A DNA stretch of 64,000 nt from Pseudomonadota bacterium (GTDB taxonomy: Bacteria; Pseudomonadota; Alphaproteobacteria; RF32; CAG-239). Position 1 is the stretch's first letter, and each line of letters begins with the position of its first letter. A model generated the notes under the pieces. The model was given only the letters and a program-made list of their open reading frames with translations, ran no database searches and was not told the origin of the DNA. Both the position numbers and the translations under genes were made by a program. Shown in pieces: positions 19,674-30,049 of the stretch. The stretch spans positions 1-64,000 of the forward strand of contig CAKJXZ020000020.1 in assembly GCA_918234285.1 (NCBI GenBank). The letters run 5' to 3'.

Positions 19674-20600
19674 TTATAGTATCGATAACTGTTTGAAAAT
19701 AGGCACATCTGTTCTTACTTCGATATATTGACACAAAAACTTTTGACAATTCTGCCGCATTAATTCGCGTTGTTGATGGAAATATTGCTGATAATTGGTG
19801 GTAAATCCCTCCACACCGGTATCGAACACAGCCTTTTGCGTATCGTATTGCGCGGCATAGACACCGTCTTGCGGAGCTATTTCTTCCAACACATCAAAAA
19901 TATTAATGCAACATACCTGATGTTTTTTGGAAAGAATGGCGATTTTGCGGAATTTTTCGTTATCAAAATGGCTGAAATCGCTCAAAATAAACACCGTTCC
20001 CTGCCCTTTTTGATGAAACTGCAGCATTTTCAGAGCCTCGCTGAGGTCGGCATGATGTTGTTCAACCAATATTTCCTGAGTTTTTTTACTGATTTGCGTG
20101 AAGATATTCATCAAATTCTTTAAATTATTTTGTGGTCGGAAATACGTTGTATTTTCACCGTCAAACATCAACATCCCGAATCTGTCTTTATGTTTAATAG
20201 TCAGCCAGCCGATAAGTGCGGCGATTTTGGCAGCTGTTACGGACTTAAGTTCTTTACGGGTACCGAATACCATGGAAGCAGATAAATCCAGAACCACGAT
20301 AATCTCGCGGTCTTTTTCCTCATTAAAAACCTTGGTATAAGGCTCGGATTTGCGCGCGGTAACCCGCCAATCAATATCCCGTACGTCGTCTCCGAAAATA
20401 TAGGCACGCACCTCTTCAAACTCCATACCGCGACCGCGAAATGCAGACTTATTATTGCCCGAGCGTTGCGAAGTCGGCTTGTTGTGTCGATACGACATAT
20501 ACGGCAAATACTGCTGCTGGGCAATCAGTTCTTCCACGGTAACCGACAACCCCTTGTTTTCGTGAATATCGCCAGGTGTTTTTTCAGCAAATCCTATCAT
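19674..20600 (-). CDS. DUF58 domain protein (MoxR-associated)
   Basis: GRGMEFEEVRAY..GDDVRDIDWRVTAR, DLSASM, ILSDF. Confidence 0.93.
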   Translation of the reverse strand: MIGFAEKTPGDIHENKGLSVTVEELIAQQQYLPYMSYRHNKPTSQRSGNNKSAFRGRGMEFEEVRAYIFGDDVRDIDWRVTARKSEPYTKVFNEEKDREIIVVLDLSASMVFGTRKELKSVTAAKIAALIGWLTIKHKDRFGMLMFDGENTTYFRPQNNLKNLMNIFTQISKKTQEILVEQHHADLSEALKMLQFHQKGQGTVFILSDFSHFDNEKFRKIAILSKKHQVCCINIFDVLEEIAPQDGVYAAQYDTQKAVFDTGVEGFTTNYQQYFHQQRELMRQNCQKFLCQYIEVRTDVPIFKQLSIL

Positions 20601-20608
20601 ATTTTTCC

Positions 20609-21583
20609 CTAAGGCAACGGTACCAGTTTCAGTAAGCGGGCAATCACATCATCTGCCGTAATTCCGTTGGCTTGCGCCTCAAAGCTCAAAATGATACGGT
20701 GCCGCAACACATCAAACACCACGGCATGAATATCATCCGGCGTCACATAGTCGCGACCGGCCATCCAAGCGTGAATTTTTGAGCATTTATCCAAAGCAAT
20801 GGTAGCACGGGGACTGGCGCCGTAAGCCAGAGAATTCTTCAGACTGGCATCATATTTTTCCGGATGACGGGTAGCCATAACCAGCTGCACCAGATATTCT
20901 TCCATCGAGTTGCTGAATTGCACGGAAAATGCTTCACGACGAGCGTCAAAAATATCTTTCATGCTGATGGCGCAAATGTTTTCCTGTTTTTTATTATCCA
21001 ACGCATCCATTTCTTCGTCGCGTACCAAATGCAAAATCCGGCGTTCAACACCGATATCCGGTTGATCAATCCGAATATACATCAGAAAACGGTCGAGTTG
21101 CGCTTCCGGCAAATTGTAGGTTCCTTCGTGTTCAATCGGGTTTTGGGTAGCCATAACCATAAACAGACGCGGCAATTTATATTGTTTACCGCCGATACTT
21201 ACCTGGCGCTCGGCCATAGCTTCCAAAAGTGCCGATTGCACTTTGGCCGGCGCACGGTTGATTTCATCTGCTAGCACCATATTGGCAAAAATCGGGCCGG
21301 AGCGAAATTCAAAATAACCGGTGGAAGCCACATAGATTTCGCTACCGGTAATATCCGACGGCAACAAATCCGGTGTAAACTGAATACGATTGAATGTTCC
21401 CTCAATGCAATCGGAAAGTTTTTTAATAGCCTTGGTTTTAGCTAAACCCGGTGCGCCTTCCACCAATGCGTGACCGTCGGCCAGCATGGTAATAATCAGC
21501 TTTTGCAACAATTCTTCCTGTCCGATGATATTCTGTTGCATATACTGTTGTAAACCGATAATTTTTTCCCTGATTTCAGACAT
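20609..21583 (-). CDS. moxR: MoxR family AAA+ ATPase
   Basis: EGAPGLAKT, RIQFTPDLLPSD, DEINRAPAKVQSALLEAM, ATQNPIE. Confidence 0.95.
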   Translation of the reverse strand: MSEIREKIIGLQQYMQQNIIGQEELLQKLIITMLADGHALVEGAPGLAKTKAIKKLSDCIEGTFNRIQFTPDLLPSDITGSEIYVASTGYFEFRSGPIFANMVLADEINRAPAKVQSALLEAMAERQVSIGGKQYKLPRLFMVMATQNPIEHEGTYNLPEAQLDRFLMYIRIDQPDIGVERRILHLVRDEEMDALDNKKQENICAISMKDIFDARREAFSVQFSNSMEEYLVQLVMATRHPEKYDASLKNSLAYGASPRATIALDKCSKIHAWMAGRDYVTPDDIHAVVFDVLRHRIILSFEAQANGITADDVIARLLKLVPLP

Positions 21584-21700
21584 ATTGAACCTTTCAAAAA
21601 CTTGTTTGTAAAAAACAAAAACGCGTTGCATTGAAGCGATAATATTATAAATCTATATATAATTTGTTAAAAAAATAAATACAAGCAAAATTTTAAACTA

Positions 21701-24091
21701 ATGTCTGACGGAATTTTTGATTTGGATGATGACAGTGCCGCGCCGGTTTATGATAATATCAGCGCGCTCAAACGCTCTTTACCTTGGCTTGATGAACTTA
21801 ATCCCGAACAACGGTTGGCGGTAGAAACCACCGAAGGTCCGTTGTTGGTCCTTTCCGGAGCCGGCACCGGCAAAACCAAGGTTTTAACCACACGTTTGGC
21901 TTATATTCTCTCAACGCTGCCGGTACAACCGTGGAATTGTCTGGTGGTGACATTTACCAATCGTGCCGCCAACGAAATGAAAGAACGGGTGCAGAATCTT
22001 ATCGGCGATACCGCAAATTCCGTCTGGCTCGGCACTTTTCACCGCATCTGCGTCAAAATTCTGCGTGCCCATGCCGAACTGGTCGGTTTGCATGCCAATT
22101 TTACGATTTTGGGCGAAGATGATCAAAAACGCCTGATTAAACATATTTTGGAAAACGAAGGTCTGGACGAGAAGAAATATACGCCGCAAAGTTTTGTTGA
22201 CAGCATCTCTCGTCTCAAGGATAAAGGCATAACCGTGGAAAAAGCCGAACAGAGTTTCCGTTCGACCGTCCTGTTATCGATTTACAAAAAATATCAAACC
22301 AGATTATTGGAACTTAACTGTGTCGATTTCGGCGATATCCTGCTATATACGCTGACGCTGTTGATGAGCAACCCCGATATTTTGAAAATATATCAGGATA
22401 AGTTCAAATACATTATGGTTGACGAGTACCAAGATACCAATGTTACGCAATATCTGTTTTTGCGACTGTTATCGCAACAATCGCACAATTTGTGTTGTGT
22501 CGGCGATGATGACCAATCCATTTATTCGTGGCGCGGCGCCGAAATTGAAAATATAATGCGTTTTCAAAAGGATTTTGTTGATGCCAAGATTATCCGGCTC
22601 GAACGCAACTATCGTTCGACCGCCAACATTCTGACCGCGGCTTCTGCTCTTATTGCCCATAACTCCACAAGGCTCGGTAAAACCTTAAAGGTGGCGGAAA
22701 ACAGCCCGGCTACCAAATGCAGTAATGACAAAATCAAAGTGGTAAGCCTGTATAACGGTGAGGAAGAAGCCAAGTGGGTTGCCGATGAAATAGATGTATT
22801 GCACCGTGGCGGCACTCCGTATTCCGAAATGGCGGTATTGGTACGTACTGCTTTTCAAACCCGCGAATTTGAAGAACGTTTCATCTCCGAAGCCATACCT
22901 TATCAGGTCATCGGCGGGCCTAAATTTTATGAACGCGCCGAAATCCGTGATATCTTGGCCTATTTTCGCGTAATTTTGCAACCTAATGACGATTTGGCCT
23001 TCGAGCGCATTATCAACAAGCCGGCACGAGGTATCGGTGCCAAAACCGTGGAAAAACTGCAACAGGTTGCCCGCACCGGGCGAACCTCGATGTTTGCGGC
23101 AGTGCAATCGCTGTTGAATGCCGGCGGCTTAAGCGGCAAAGCTAAGGCCAATCTTGAAGATTTGGTGCAAAAATTTGCGGAGTGGCGACGCATTGTCAGC
23201 CTGGTTGACCCGGCCGATTTGGCCGAGGACGTCATTAACGATTCCGGCTATATGGATATGCTTAAAAACGACACTTCGGCCGAATCCGAAGGACGAATTG
23301 AAAACTTGCGCGAACTCATTAACGTTATGACCGACACCGAGCATTATCCGACCATGGCAGAATTTATGGAACACGTCAGCCTGGTAATGGATAACGACAG
23401 CAATCTTGATACCAATAAAGTTATGCTGATTACCTTGCATTCGGCCAAAGGATTGGAATTTGAGACGGTATTTTTGCCGGGATGGGAAGAAGCTCTGTTT
23501 CCGCACCAAAAGAGTTTGGATGAAGGCGGTGAAAATTCGCTGGAAGAAGAGCGGCGTCTGGCTTATGTTGCCCTCACCCGTGCCAAACATCGTTTGTATA
23601 TTACAACTACTCTGAACCGCCGCATTTACGGTGAATGGCGCAACAATCAGCCTTCGCGCTTTTTGAACGAAATTCCGCCGGTTTGTTTGCAACTGAATAA
23701 TCAGACCAACAACTGCTTTAACGGCAGCGGCAGCCGCTACGGCGGATACGACGACGGTTACGGACAAAGCGGATACAATAAGCGCGGCTATTCTTATAAT
23801 AAATACGGCTACGGCAAGAAAAAATCTTACAAGCAGGTGTTTTCTACCAAACCGAGCTATCAAAGTTATACCGAAGATACCGAGGAATATCCGTATTCTT
23901 ACGAGCCGACGGAATACAGTTCATATGACTATGCTGCGGGAAAATCAGCTTCCGAATACATCGGCGTACGCGTTTATCACGAAAGTTTCGGCTATGGTAA
24001 AATCGTAAAGATGTCCGGCAAAATGTGCGAGGTGGAATTTGACGATTGCGGGCGTAAAAAAATAATGAGCGAATATTTAAGCAAAGTATAG
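21701..24091 (+). CDS. uvrD: UvrD/PcrA DNA helicase
   Basis: GAGTGKT, TFTNRAA, VDEYQD, GDDDQSIY, HSAKGLEF, EERRLAYVALTRA, C-terminal Tudor-like H..FG.G. Confidence 0.96.
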   Translation: MSDGIFDLDDDSAAPVYDNISALKRSLPWLDELNPEQRLAVETTEGPLLVLSGAGTGKTKVLTTRLAYILSTLPVQPWNCLVVTFTNRAANEMKERVQNLIGDTANSVWLGTFHRICVKILRAHAELVGLHANFTILGEDDQKRLIKHILENEGLDEKKYTPQSFVDSISRLKDKGITVEKAEQSFRSTVLLSIYKKYQTRLLELNCVDFGDILLYTLTLLMSNPDILKIYQDKFKYIMVDEYQDTNVTQYLFLRLLSQQSHNLCCVGDDDQSIYSWRGAEIENIMRFQKDFVDAKIIRLERNYRSTANILTAASALIAHNSTRLGKTLKVAENSPATKCSNDKIKVVSLYNGEEEAKWVADEIDVLHRGGTPYSEMAVLVRTAFQTREFEERFISEAIPYQVIGGPKFYERAEIRDILAYFRVILQPNDDLAFERIINKPARGIGAKTVEKLQQVARTGRTSMFAAVQSLLNAGGLSGKAKANLEDLVQKFAEWRRIVSLVDPADLAEDVINDSGYMDMLKNDTSAESEGRIENLRELINVMTDTEHYPTMAEFMEHVSLVMDNDSNLDTNKVMLITLHSAKGLEFETVFLPGWEEALFPHQKSLDEGGENSLEEERRLAYVALTRAKHRLYITTTLNRRIYGEWRNNQPSRFLNEIPPVCLQLNNQTNNCFNGSGSRYGGYDDGYGQSGYNKRGYSYNKYGYGKKKSYKQVFSTKPSYQSYTEDTEEYPYSYEPTEYSSYDYAAGKSASEYIGVRVYHESFGYGKIVKMSGKMCEVEFDDCGRKKIMSEYLSKV

Positions 24092-24104
24092 AAGGAATGT
24101 TACC

Positions 24105-26201
24105 GTGGAATCAAAAACCTCATCTCAGGCGCAACTTACGATTGTCGTTTTCGTGCACAATATGGCAAAACATTTATCACGGTGTTTGCATAGCCTTTGC
24201 CGACAAACCTTAAAAGATATAAAAATCATTTGCGTAAACGACGGCTCTACCGATTCCGGGTTGCGAATTTTACGGGATTTTGCCCAAAAGGATTCCCGCA
24301 TCAGCATAATAAATCAAAAACGCAAAGGTTCCGGGTGTGCCAAAAACAGAGCGCTGAAACTGGTTAAAACTCCGTATGTTACCTTTATCAACGGCAACGA
24401 CCGTTTAGAAACCGGAGCATACAAAAAATGTCTGGGATTTTTTGCCGATAACATCGATGTTGTTTGCTTCGGCAGCAAAAAAATCTCCGCTTTGCCTTCG
24501 GAACAAGATGTCAACAATAATGCCGGCCTCAGCGGCAAAAAAGAAACCGACACCAATATTATTGAGCAAGTCGATAAGCACCTCGGAAGCAAACTGTTCA
24601 GAATCTCCGTCATAAGAGAATATAACCTCAAATTCGAACGTCTGCCTTATTACGAGGATATTTGTTTTTATCATTGCTATATGGCCGCCACCAAAAATAT
24701 TTACGTCATTCCCGATATATATTACAATTATCGTCTCGACGGCGAAAAACATAATCCGTCAGATTTATTGAAAACATCGCTGCCGATTTATAAGTTTTAT
24801 GTGCGTTATGATATTTTCAGATATTTTCACCATTTTTACTTGTCGTTGTTGAAAAATTTTTATAATTACGCACACGGCAAGCAACCGCGCGAAGCCGATA
24901 AACTTATCGAACAATTTATCCGCCGTTTCAACTTGCAACAGGTTTTCCCGAAAGATGCTTTTATTATGTCGCATTATCGCAGTCCGGTCGGGAGAAATTG
25001 TTCAAAAATTCTGTATTGCTTCCGGAAGCACCCGATTTTCGTAAAAGAAACAACACCGTTAAAAACCGCCTATTATCTGTGGGGATTGCCGCTATGGAGT
25101 ATTGGCAATACTCCGAGCCGCAGAACATTCAGATATTCGTTTATGAAGTTCCCGCTGTTTAAACACAGCTGCAAACAATATTTTACTCCGAAAAATCCTG
25201 CTTTGCCGGAGCCGATAAAACAAGATTACAAGGTTAAGGTCAGCGTGGTTGTACCGGTATACAACACGGCGGAATTTTTGGCGCAATGTTTGGAAAGTCT
25301 TTGCCGTCAGACCTTAAAAGATATAGAAATAATCTGCATCAACGACGGCTCGACCGACTCCAGCCTGCGGATACTGAAGGATTTTGCCCGCAAAGACCGC
25401 CGCATCAAGATAATAAATCAAGAAAACCAAGGTCTGTCTTGTTCGCGCAACGCCGGTATTATGCGCGCCTCCGGTGAATATATCGGATTTGTGGATTCCG
25501 ATGATATGGTGGCGGATAATTTTTACGAATGTTTATATAAACGCGCCGTTGCAACTTCGGCCGATATAGCCGCGGCCAATATTATCCGGGTGAACAACAA
25601 CGGGCAGAGTATGTTTTTGGATTATAAAAAGAATGAAACCGTCGAGTTGATACAGGATAAGTTCAGAGTTTTGAGAATTCCTGATTTCAACTATGTTTGG
25701 AATCGAATCTATGCTGCCGGTTTGTTTACGGATAAAGATGCTTATTTTCCGGAACATCTCTATTATGAAGACATAATATGGACGCCGAAGATGTTGCTTA
25801 AATCCCGCAAAATCTCCACAATAACACAAACTTGCTATTATTATCGGCAAAATGCCAACTCCATCATGTCTACCTCGAGATTTTCCGCCATAAAAACCCG
25901 GCACGCACACAATCATCTGAGATGGGAAGATGATTTTATAGAAAAATACCGTATAAACGAACAAACTGAAACCTATAAATTGTTTAATTCGCTTTATTTA
26001 TATAAAATCGCCAAAGGCAAAGATTATGAAAAGCACTATTTGTTTGGCTTTATTCCGCTTAAGTTTAAGCGTAACCGTAGGAATGTTCAAGAATTCGGCT
26101 GGTTTGGTATTCCTCTTGTTAAAATATCTTCCGCCGCCGATTGCGCCAGTCAGGAATACCGCATTTTAGGGATAAAATTCATTAAACGGCAGATAAAATA
26201 A
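24105..26201 (+). CDS. Tandem two-domain GT2 glycosyltransferase
   Basis: Two copies of SLCRQTLKDI.IIC.NDGSTDS; the second has FVDSDD; GTG start with SD aagga. Confidence 0.9.
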   Translation: MESKTSSQAQLTIVVFVHNMAKHLSRCLHSLCRQTLKDIKIICVNDGSTDSGLRILRDFAQKDSRISIINQKRKGSGCAKNRALKLVKTPYVTFINGNDRLETGAYKKCLGFFADNIDVVCFGSKKISALPSEQDVNNNAGLSGKKETDTNIIEQVDKHLGSKLFRISVIREYNLKFERLPYYEDICFYHCYMAATKNIYVIPDIYYNYRLDGEKHNPSDLLKTSLPIYKFYVRYDIFRYFHHFYLSLLKNFYNYAHGKQPREADKLIEQFIRRFNLQQVFPKDAFIMSHYRSPVGRNCSKILYCFRKHPIFVKETTPLKTAYYLWGLPLWSIGNTPSRRTFRYSFMKFPLFKHSCKQYFTPKNPALPEPIKQDYKVKVSVVVPVYNTAEFLAQCLESLCRQTLKDIEIICINDGSTDSSLRILKDFARKDRRIKIINQENQGLSCSRNAGIMRASGEYIGFVDSDDMVADNFYECLYKRAVATSADIAAANIIRVNNNGQSMFLDYKKNETVELIQDKFRVLRIPDFNYVWNRIYAAGLFTDKDAYFPEHLYYEDIIWTPKMLLKSRKISTITQTCYYYRQNANSIMSTSRFSAIKTRHAHNHLRWEDDFIEKYRINEQTETYKLFNSLYLYKIAKGKDYEKHYLFGFIPLKFKRNRRNVQEFGWFGIPLVKISSAADCASQEYRILGIKFIKRQIK

Positions 26202-26254
26202 AGAAAGCCCATCGTTACGGACGGGCTCTCTTATTAATTCAGATCCGAACCGGA

Positions 26255-26764
26255 TTAATATTCCAAATAAACCTCAACTCTGCGATTTAAGGCCTCGCCT
26301 TTGGCATTGGTTTCAACCGCTACCGGGCGATAATCGGAAAATGCCGCGCCGGACATCATCTGCGGGTCAACGCCCATTCCGGCCAAAGTGTTGGCAACTT
26401 TGAGCGTTCTTCTGGCGGAAATATCCATATTAATCGCCTCTTTACGGCTCAAAATATTGGTATTTACTTTGTGCGAAGCATGACCGGCGATTTTTACCGC
26501 GGCATTGTTGGCACGAGCCACCTGAGCAATTTGTCCCAGTTGGGTGATTTCCGTCGGGTTCAAATAATCCGAACCGTCGGCAAAATATACGATACCAGCC
26601 AAATGCAAAGTTCTGACGGGAACCGGTTGGGTAACACACGGAGGTGGCGGCGGAGGAGCAACCGGTACACGATTGCAATCCGGTCCTTCAAACAACGTGC
26701 CTTGATTGCAGCAACAACCGCCGAGCAGCAATACAAGAGCAAAAACAGAAAGTATATTCTTCAT
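26255..26764 (-). CDS. OmpA-family (peptidoglycan-binding) lipoprotein
   Basis: Lipobox LGGC, poly-Pro linker, VYFADGS..L, GHAS, NRRVEV. Confidence 0.88.
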   Translation of the reverse strand: MKNILSVFALVLLLGGCCCNQGTLFEGPDCNRVPVAPPPPPPCVTQPVPVRTLHLAGIVYFADGSDYLNPTEITQLGQIAQVARANNAAVKIAGHASHKVNTNILSRKEAINMDISARRTLKVANTLAGMGVDPQMMSGAAFSDYRPVAVETNAKGEALNRRVEVYLEY

Positions 26765-26865
26765 GGTATTCCCTTTCATTAATAAAACTTTTCTGCACGC
26801 AGTTTATCGAAAATATACAAAAAAGACAAGAGTTAAATCAATTTGCGCACAACCGCGGACGCAAA

Positions 26866-27768
26866 TTATTCCGTTACCCCGTAATTGCCGTTAACCACCA
26901 ACACCAACAATGCCAAGAAAAACATCATGGCAAAACCGGCCTTAACCGAGATGGTATCGGCAATTTTATAGTTGCGATTTAAGGCATACACAAACACCGG
27001 TGCCACCAACAACAAGGCCGTAACGTAGCCGGGATTGGGAGCAATTCTGAGCGCCATGGTTTTTGCAATAATCAGCAACGAACTGAAGCTCACCAATATA
27101 CAACCGATACGGCGAGTTTTGAGCGCTATTATCTTTTTGAAACGATTCTGCCGGTTTGTTGCCGTTTGCCGACAATAGAAAAACAGATTATATAAGCCGC
27201 TGACCAAGGTGGAAACCGTCAAATAATAAGCAAGTCCCTGCCCCAGAGAATGTGCCTGTATTGCAATATATTTAGTGATGATGCTCATCGCCGCCAAGGC
27301 AAAAACTGCCGGCAAAGTATACAGCGCGGCGGCGCGTGAAACATGACTGTCCAGCATTTGCCAATAACAATAGCTGAAACCGCATAAAATCAGCATCAAT
27401 GTGACAAATAGATTACCCTGATTTAACAAAAGTATAAATCTCTCCGGCGTTAAAAGCCACCAGCCAAAAGTAGTCAGCAAAACCGTAACCGCCATAAAAC
27501 GTGAGGTCGGACCGGCCCCAAACCTGGCTGCAGCAAAGAAAATATGCGAATCATAAATACCGATACATAATCCCTGCGCTATCAACAACAGCCAATAACA
27601 GCCGTCGTGCGGCAGCGGATAAAACAGCAGACACGGCAGAAAAATCAAACATATTCCGAAGCCGCGCCAAATTCCCAAGATATAGCCGTTGATTTTAAAA
27701 TGCTGATTAAACAGCAGATATATTGCTGTAAAAAAGCCGTATATTAAACCGTTTGCCACCCATAACAT
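26866..27768 (-). CDS. DMT/EamA-like membrane protein
   Basis: About 10 hydrophobic helices in 300 aa; APNPGYV motif. Confidence 0.7.
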   Translation of the reverse strand: MLWVANGLIYGFFTAIYLLFNQHFKINGYILGIWRGFGICLIFLPCLLFYPLPHDGCYWLLLIAQGLCIGIYDSHIFFAAARFGAGPTSRFMAVTVLLTTFGWWLLTPERFILLLNQGNLFVTLMLILCGFSYCYWQMLDSHVSRAAALYTLPAVFALAAMSIITKYIAIQAHSLGQGLAYYLTVSTLVSGLYNLFFYCRQTATNRQNRFKKIIALKTRRIGCILVSFSSLLIIAKTMALRIAPNPGYVTALLLVAPVFVYALNRNYKIADTISVKAGFAMMFFLALLVLVVNGNYGVTE

Positions 27769-27873
27769 ACACTATATTGTAGTCAGTATAACCGCTTTTT
27801 CAAGACCGGGGTCGACATAGAAAAAAACTCCCCGATAATATTCGGGGAGCTTTAATACAAAAACGATTGTTTA

Positions 27874-28350
27874 TTATTTAACCAATTCAACAACCGCATC
27901 GGTTATATCTTTACCGCCGTTAACAACGGAAGATTTGGTCAGAACCACGGTCATGCCCTTAGATTTGGCAACATCGTTGATAATGTTGTTGAGATTCTGT
28001 TCTGCCGCTTGCAAACCGGAAGCATGTGTCTTGTCAAAAGCTTCTTTCTTGGCATTGATTTCAGCCAGATATTTTTGCGACAATTCTTTCTTAGCATCTT
28101 CCTTCTTTTCGGCATTGATTTTTTCGTTGGCATCATCAGCCATTTTGCGCAGTTCCTGTAATTGCTGCTGACGATTGTTGCTCAAAGCGGCAATTTCTTT
28201 AGAGGACAACACAACACGTTGCAAATCAACAACCGCAAAAGCGGCCTTGTTGGCACAAACGGTCTTGTATGTAACCAATGAACCCAAAACAGCAGCAATA
28301 ATAGCTACCAAAAAGATTAAACCGTAATTCATTCTGTTTTCGTTAGACAT
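27874..28350 (-). CDS. OmpH/Skp family chaperone
   Basis: AVVDLQRVV, coiled coil, VAKSKG..VVL...V..GGKDITDAV. Confidence 0.85.
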   Translation of the reverse strand: MSNENRMNYGLIFLVAIIAAVLGSLVTYKTVCANKAAFAVVDLQRVVLSSKEIAALSNNRQQQLQELRKMADDANEKINAEKKEDAKKELSQKYLAEINAKKEAFDKTHASGLQAAEQNLNNIINDVAKSKGMTVVLTKSSVVNGGKDITDAVVELVK

Positions 28351-28496
28351 TATAATCTCCTTATATTTGATTTTCGTTGCTATGTTATCCATTTTTTATA
28401 TATTTTCAAGTACTTTTTGCAAAAAAATGCACATTATGATTGACCGATTACAAAAATAGGCTATGCTGAAACAGCTGTTACAACCGGAAATAAAAA

Positions 28497-29591
28497 ATGA
28501 GTGTTACCGAAGAACTTGCCATATATATTCATTGGCCTTTTTGCAAAAGCAAATGTCCTTATTGCGATTTTTATAAGGAATTGGCACGCAACGTCAATCA
28601 AGATGAGATTGTGAATGAATATATTTCCGCTTTGCGAAAATATCGTGAAATATTGCCGAAGCGCATCGTTAAATCTGTTTTCTTCGGCGGCGGCACCCCG
28701 TCGTTGATTGCACCGCAAAACATCGCCAAAATCATTGAGGAAATCAGCAAACTCTGGCCGCTGCAATCAAATGCCGAAATCAGTTTGGAAGCCAATCCCA
28801 ACACCCGCTCGGAAACATTGTTCGGAGATTTTAAAAATGCCGGCATTAATCGGCTCTCGCTCGGAGTGCAGGCCTTAAACGACGTGGATTTACGTTTTTT
28901 GGGGCGTACGCACGACTTGGCTGCGGCACGAAAATGCCTTGAAGAAGTTGTCGGGATCTTTGATAACCATTCTGCCGATTTGATTTATGCCCGTCCGCAA
29001 CAATCCCGCACCGCCTGGCAAAAAGAGTTGGAAGAAATAACTTCATACGGGTTGAAACATTTGTCATTGTATCAGCTAACCATTGAAGAAAATACGATAT
29101 TTGCCCGCAAAAATATTAAGCCGCTTGAAGACGAAAAAGCCGTTGAAATGTATGATTTTACCCGCGACTTTTTGGCCGAGCAGGGTTATCCGCAATACGA
29201 AGTATCGAATTTTGCCGCAAACAGCTGCGAATCGGTACATAATCTCACATATTGGCAAGGCGGCGACTATATCGGTATCGGTAAATCGGCACACGGACGT
29301 TTCAAAAACGATGGCAAACACATCGCCGCCGAATATCCGTTCATACACGAAGAAATTACCGCCGAAGAGCGGGCAGAAGAGCTTATTTTAATGGGGTTGC
29401 GCTTGGTGAAAGGTATTGATAAAACAATTTTCAAACAAATCTGCGGACTGGATATTAACGAGTGCATCAACCCCGACAAAGCAACAATGCTGAAGGAACT
29501 TGATTTGTTACAGGAAACACCTACGCATCTTTTTACCACCAAACGAGGCTTTTTGGTCTTAAACCAAATTATTGCGGAATTATGCTTATAA
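28497..29591 (+). CDS. hemW: Radical SAM heme chaperone HemW
   Basis: YIHWPFCKSKCPYCDF, FFGGGTPS, EANP, YEVSNFA, HNLTYW. Confidence 0.93.
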   Translation: MSVTEELAIYIHWPFCKSKCPYCDFYKELARNVNQDEIVNEYISALRKYREILPKRIVKSVFFGGGTPSLIAPQNIAKIIEEISKLWPLQSNAEISLEANPNTRSETLFGDFKNAGINRLSLGVQALNDVDLRFLGRTHDLAAARKCLEEVVGIFDNHSADLIYARPQQSRTAWQKELEEITSYGLKHLSLYQLTIEENTIFARKNIKPLEDEKAVEMYDFTRDFLAEQGYPQYEVSNFAANSCESVHNLTYWQGGDYIGIGKSAHGRFKNDGKHIAAEYPFIHEEITAEERAEELILMGLRLVKGIDKTIFKQICGLDINECINPDKATMLKELDLLQETPTHLFTTKRGFLVLNQIIAELCL

Positions 29592-29630
29592 AAAGAAAAT
29601 TCCGCCGATTATTCATCGACGGAAGTTTCT

Positions 29631-29975
29631 CTATTTCTTTACAAAACAGCTGGCAATTCCTACTACTATCACGAACAGGAGCGCGGCACAGAACCATACA
29701 CTCGCGAACGAGATAATCTTGATTAAGATAATCAGCACGAGATTTTCCGCCCTGACCACCGGGACCAAAATGGCCCAAACAATCGAAAGGAACAGGAACA
29801 AAACCACGCAAAAGCGGCAGGCAAGAGAGGTTGAACCATGCTTGAGCATAAACAGCCCTCCTCTACCTTCATGACTATCAAATGCGACACAACACGCAGT
29901 GATAATCACACACAGCAACATGACCAATAACAGTGCTAAACTGCCGGTCTGACTTAATAAACTACCTTCCATCAT
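29631..29975 (-). CDS. Hypothetical 3-TM membrane protein
   Basis: Three hydrophobic segments; own promoter TTGACA-17-TAGAAT (30005-30033); hairpin ~29594-29630; no SD. Confidence 0.65.
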   Translation of the reverse strand: MMEGSLLSQTGSLALLLVMLLCVIITACCVAFDSHEGRGGLFMLKHGSTSLACRFCVVLFLFLSIVWAILVPVVRAENLVLIILIKIISFASVWFCAALLFVIVVGIASCFVKK

Positions 29976-30049
29976 AATATATAAAATATTGGTTTTCTGA
30001 GTTTATTCTAGACAAAATGAAGGCAGTTGTCAACAAAAAAATGATTTTT

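Noticed and set aside
29572-29874. 100-aa plus-strand ORF after hemW
   Set aside because: The opposite-strand membrane ORF has the promoter and terminator support.
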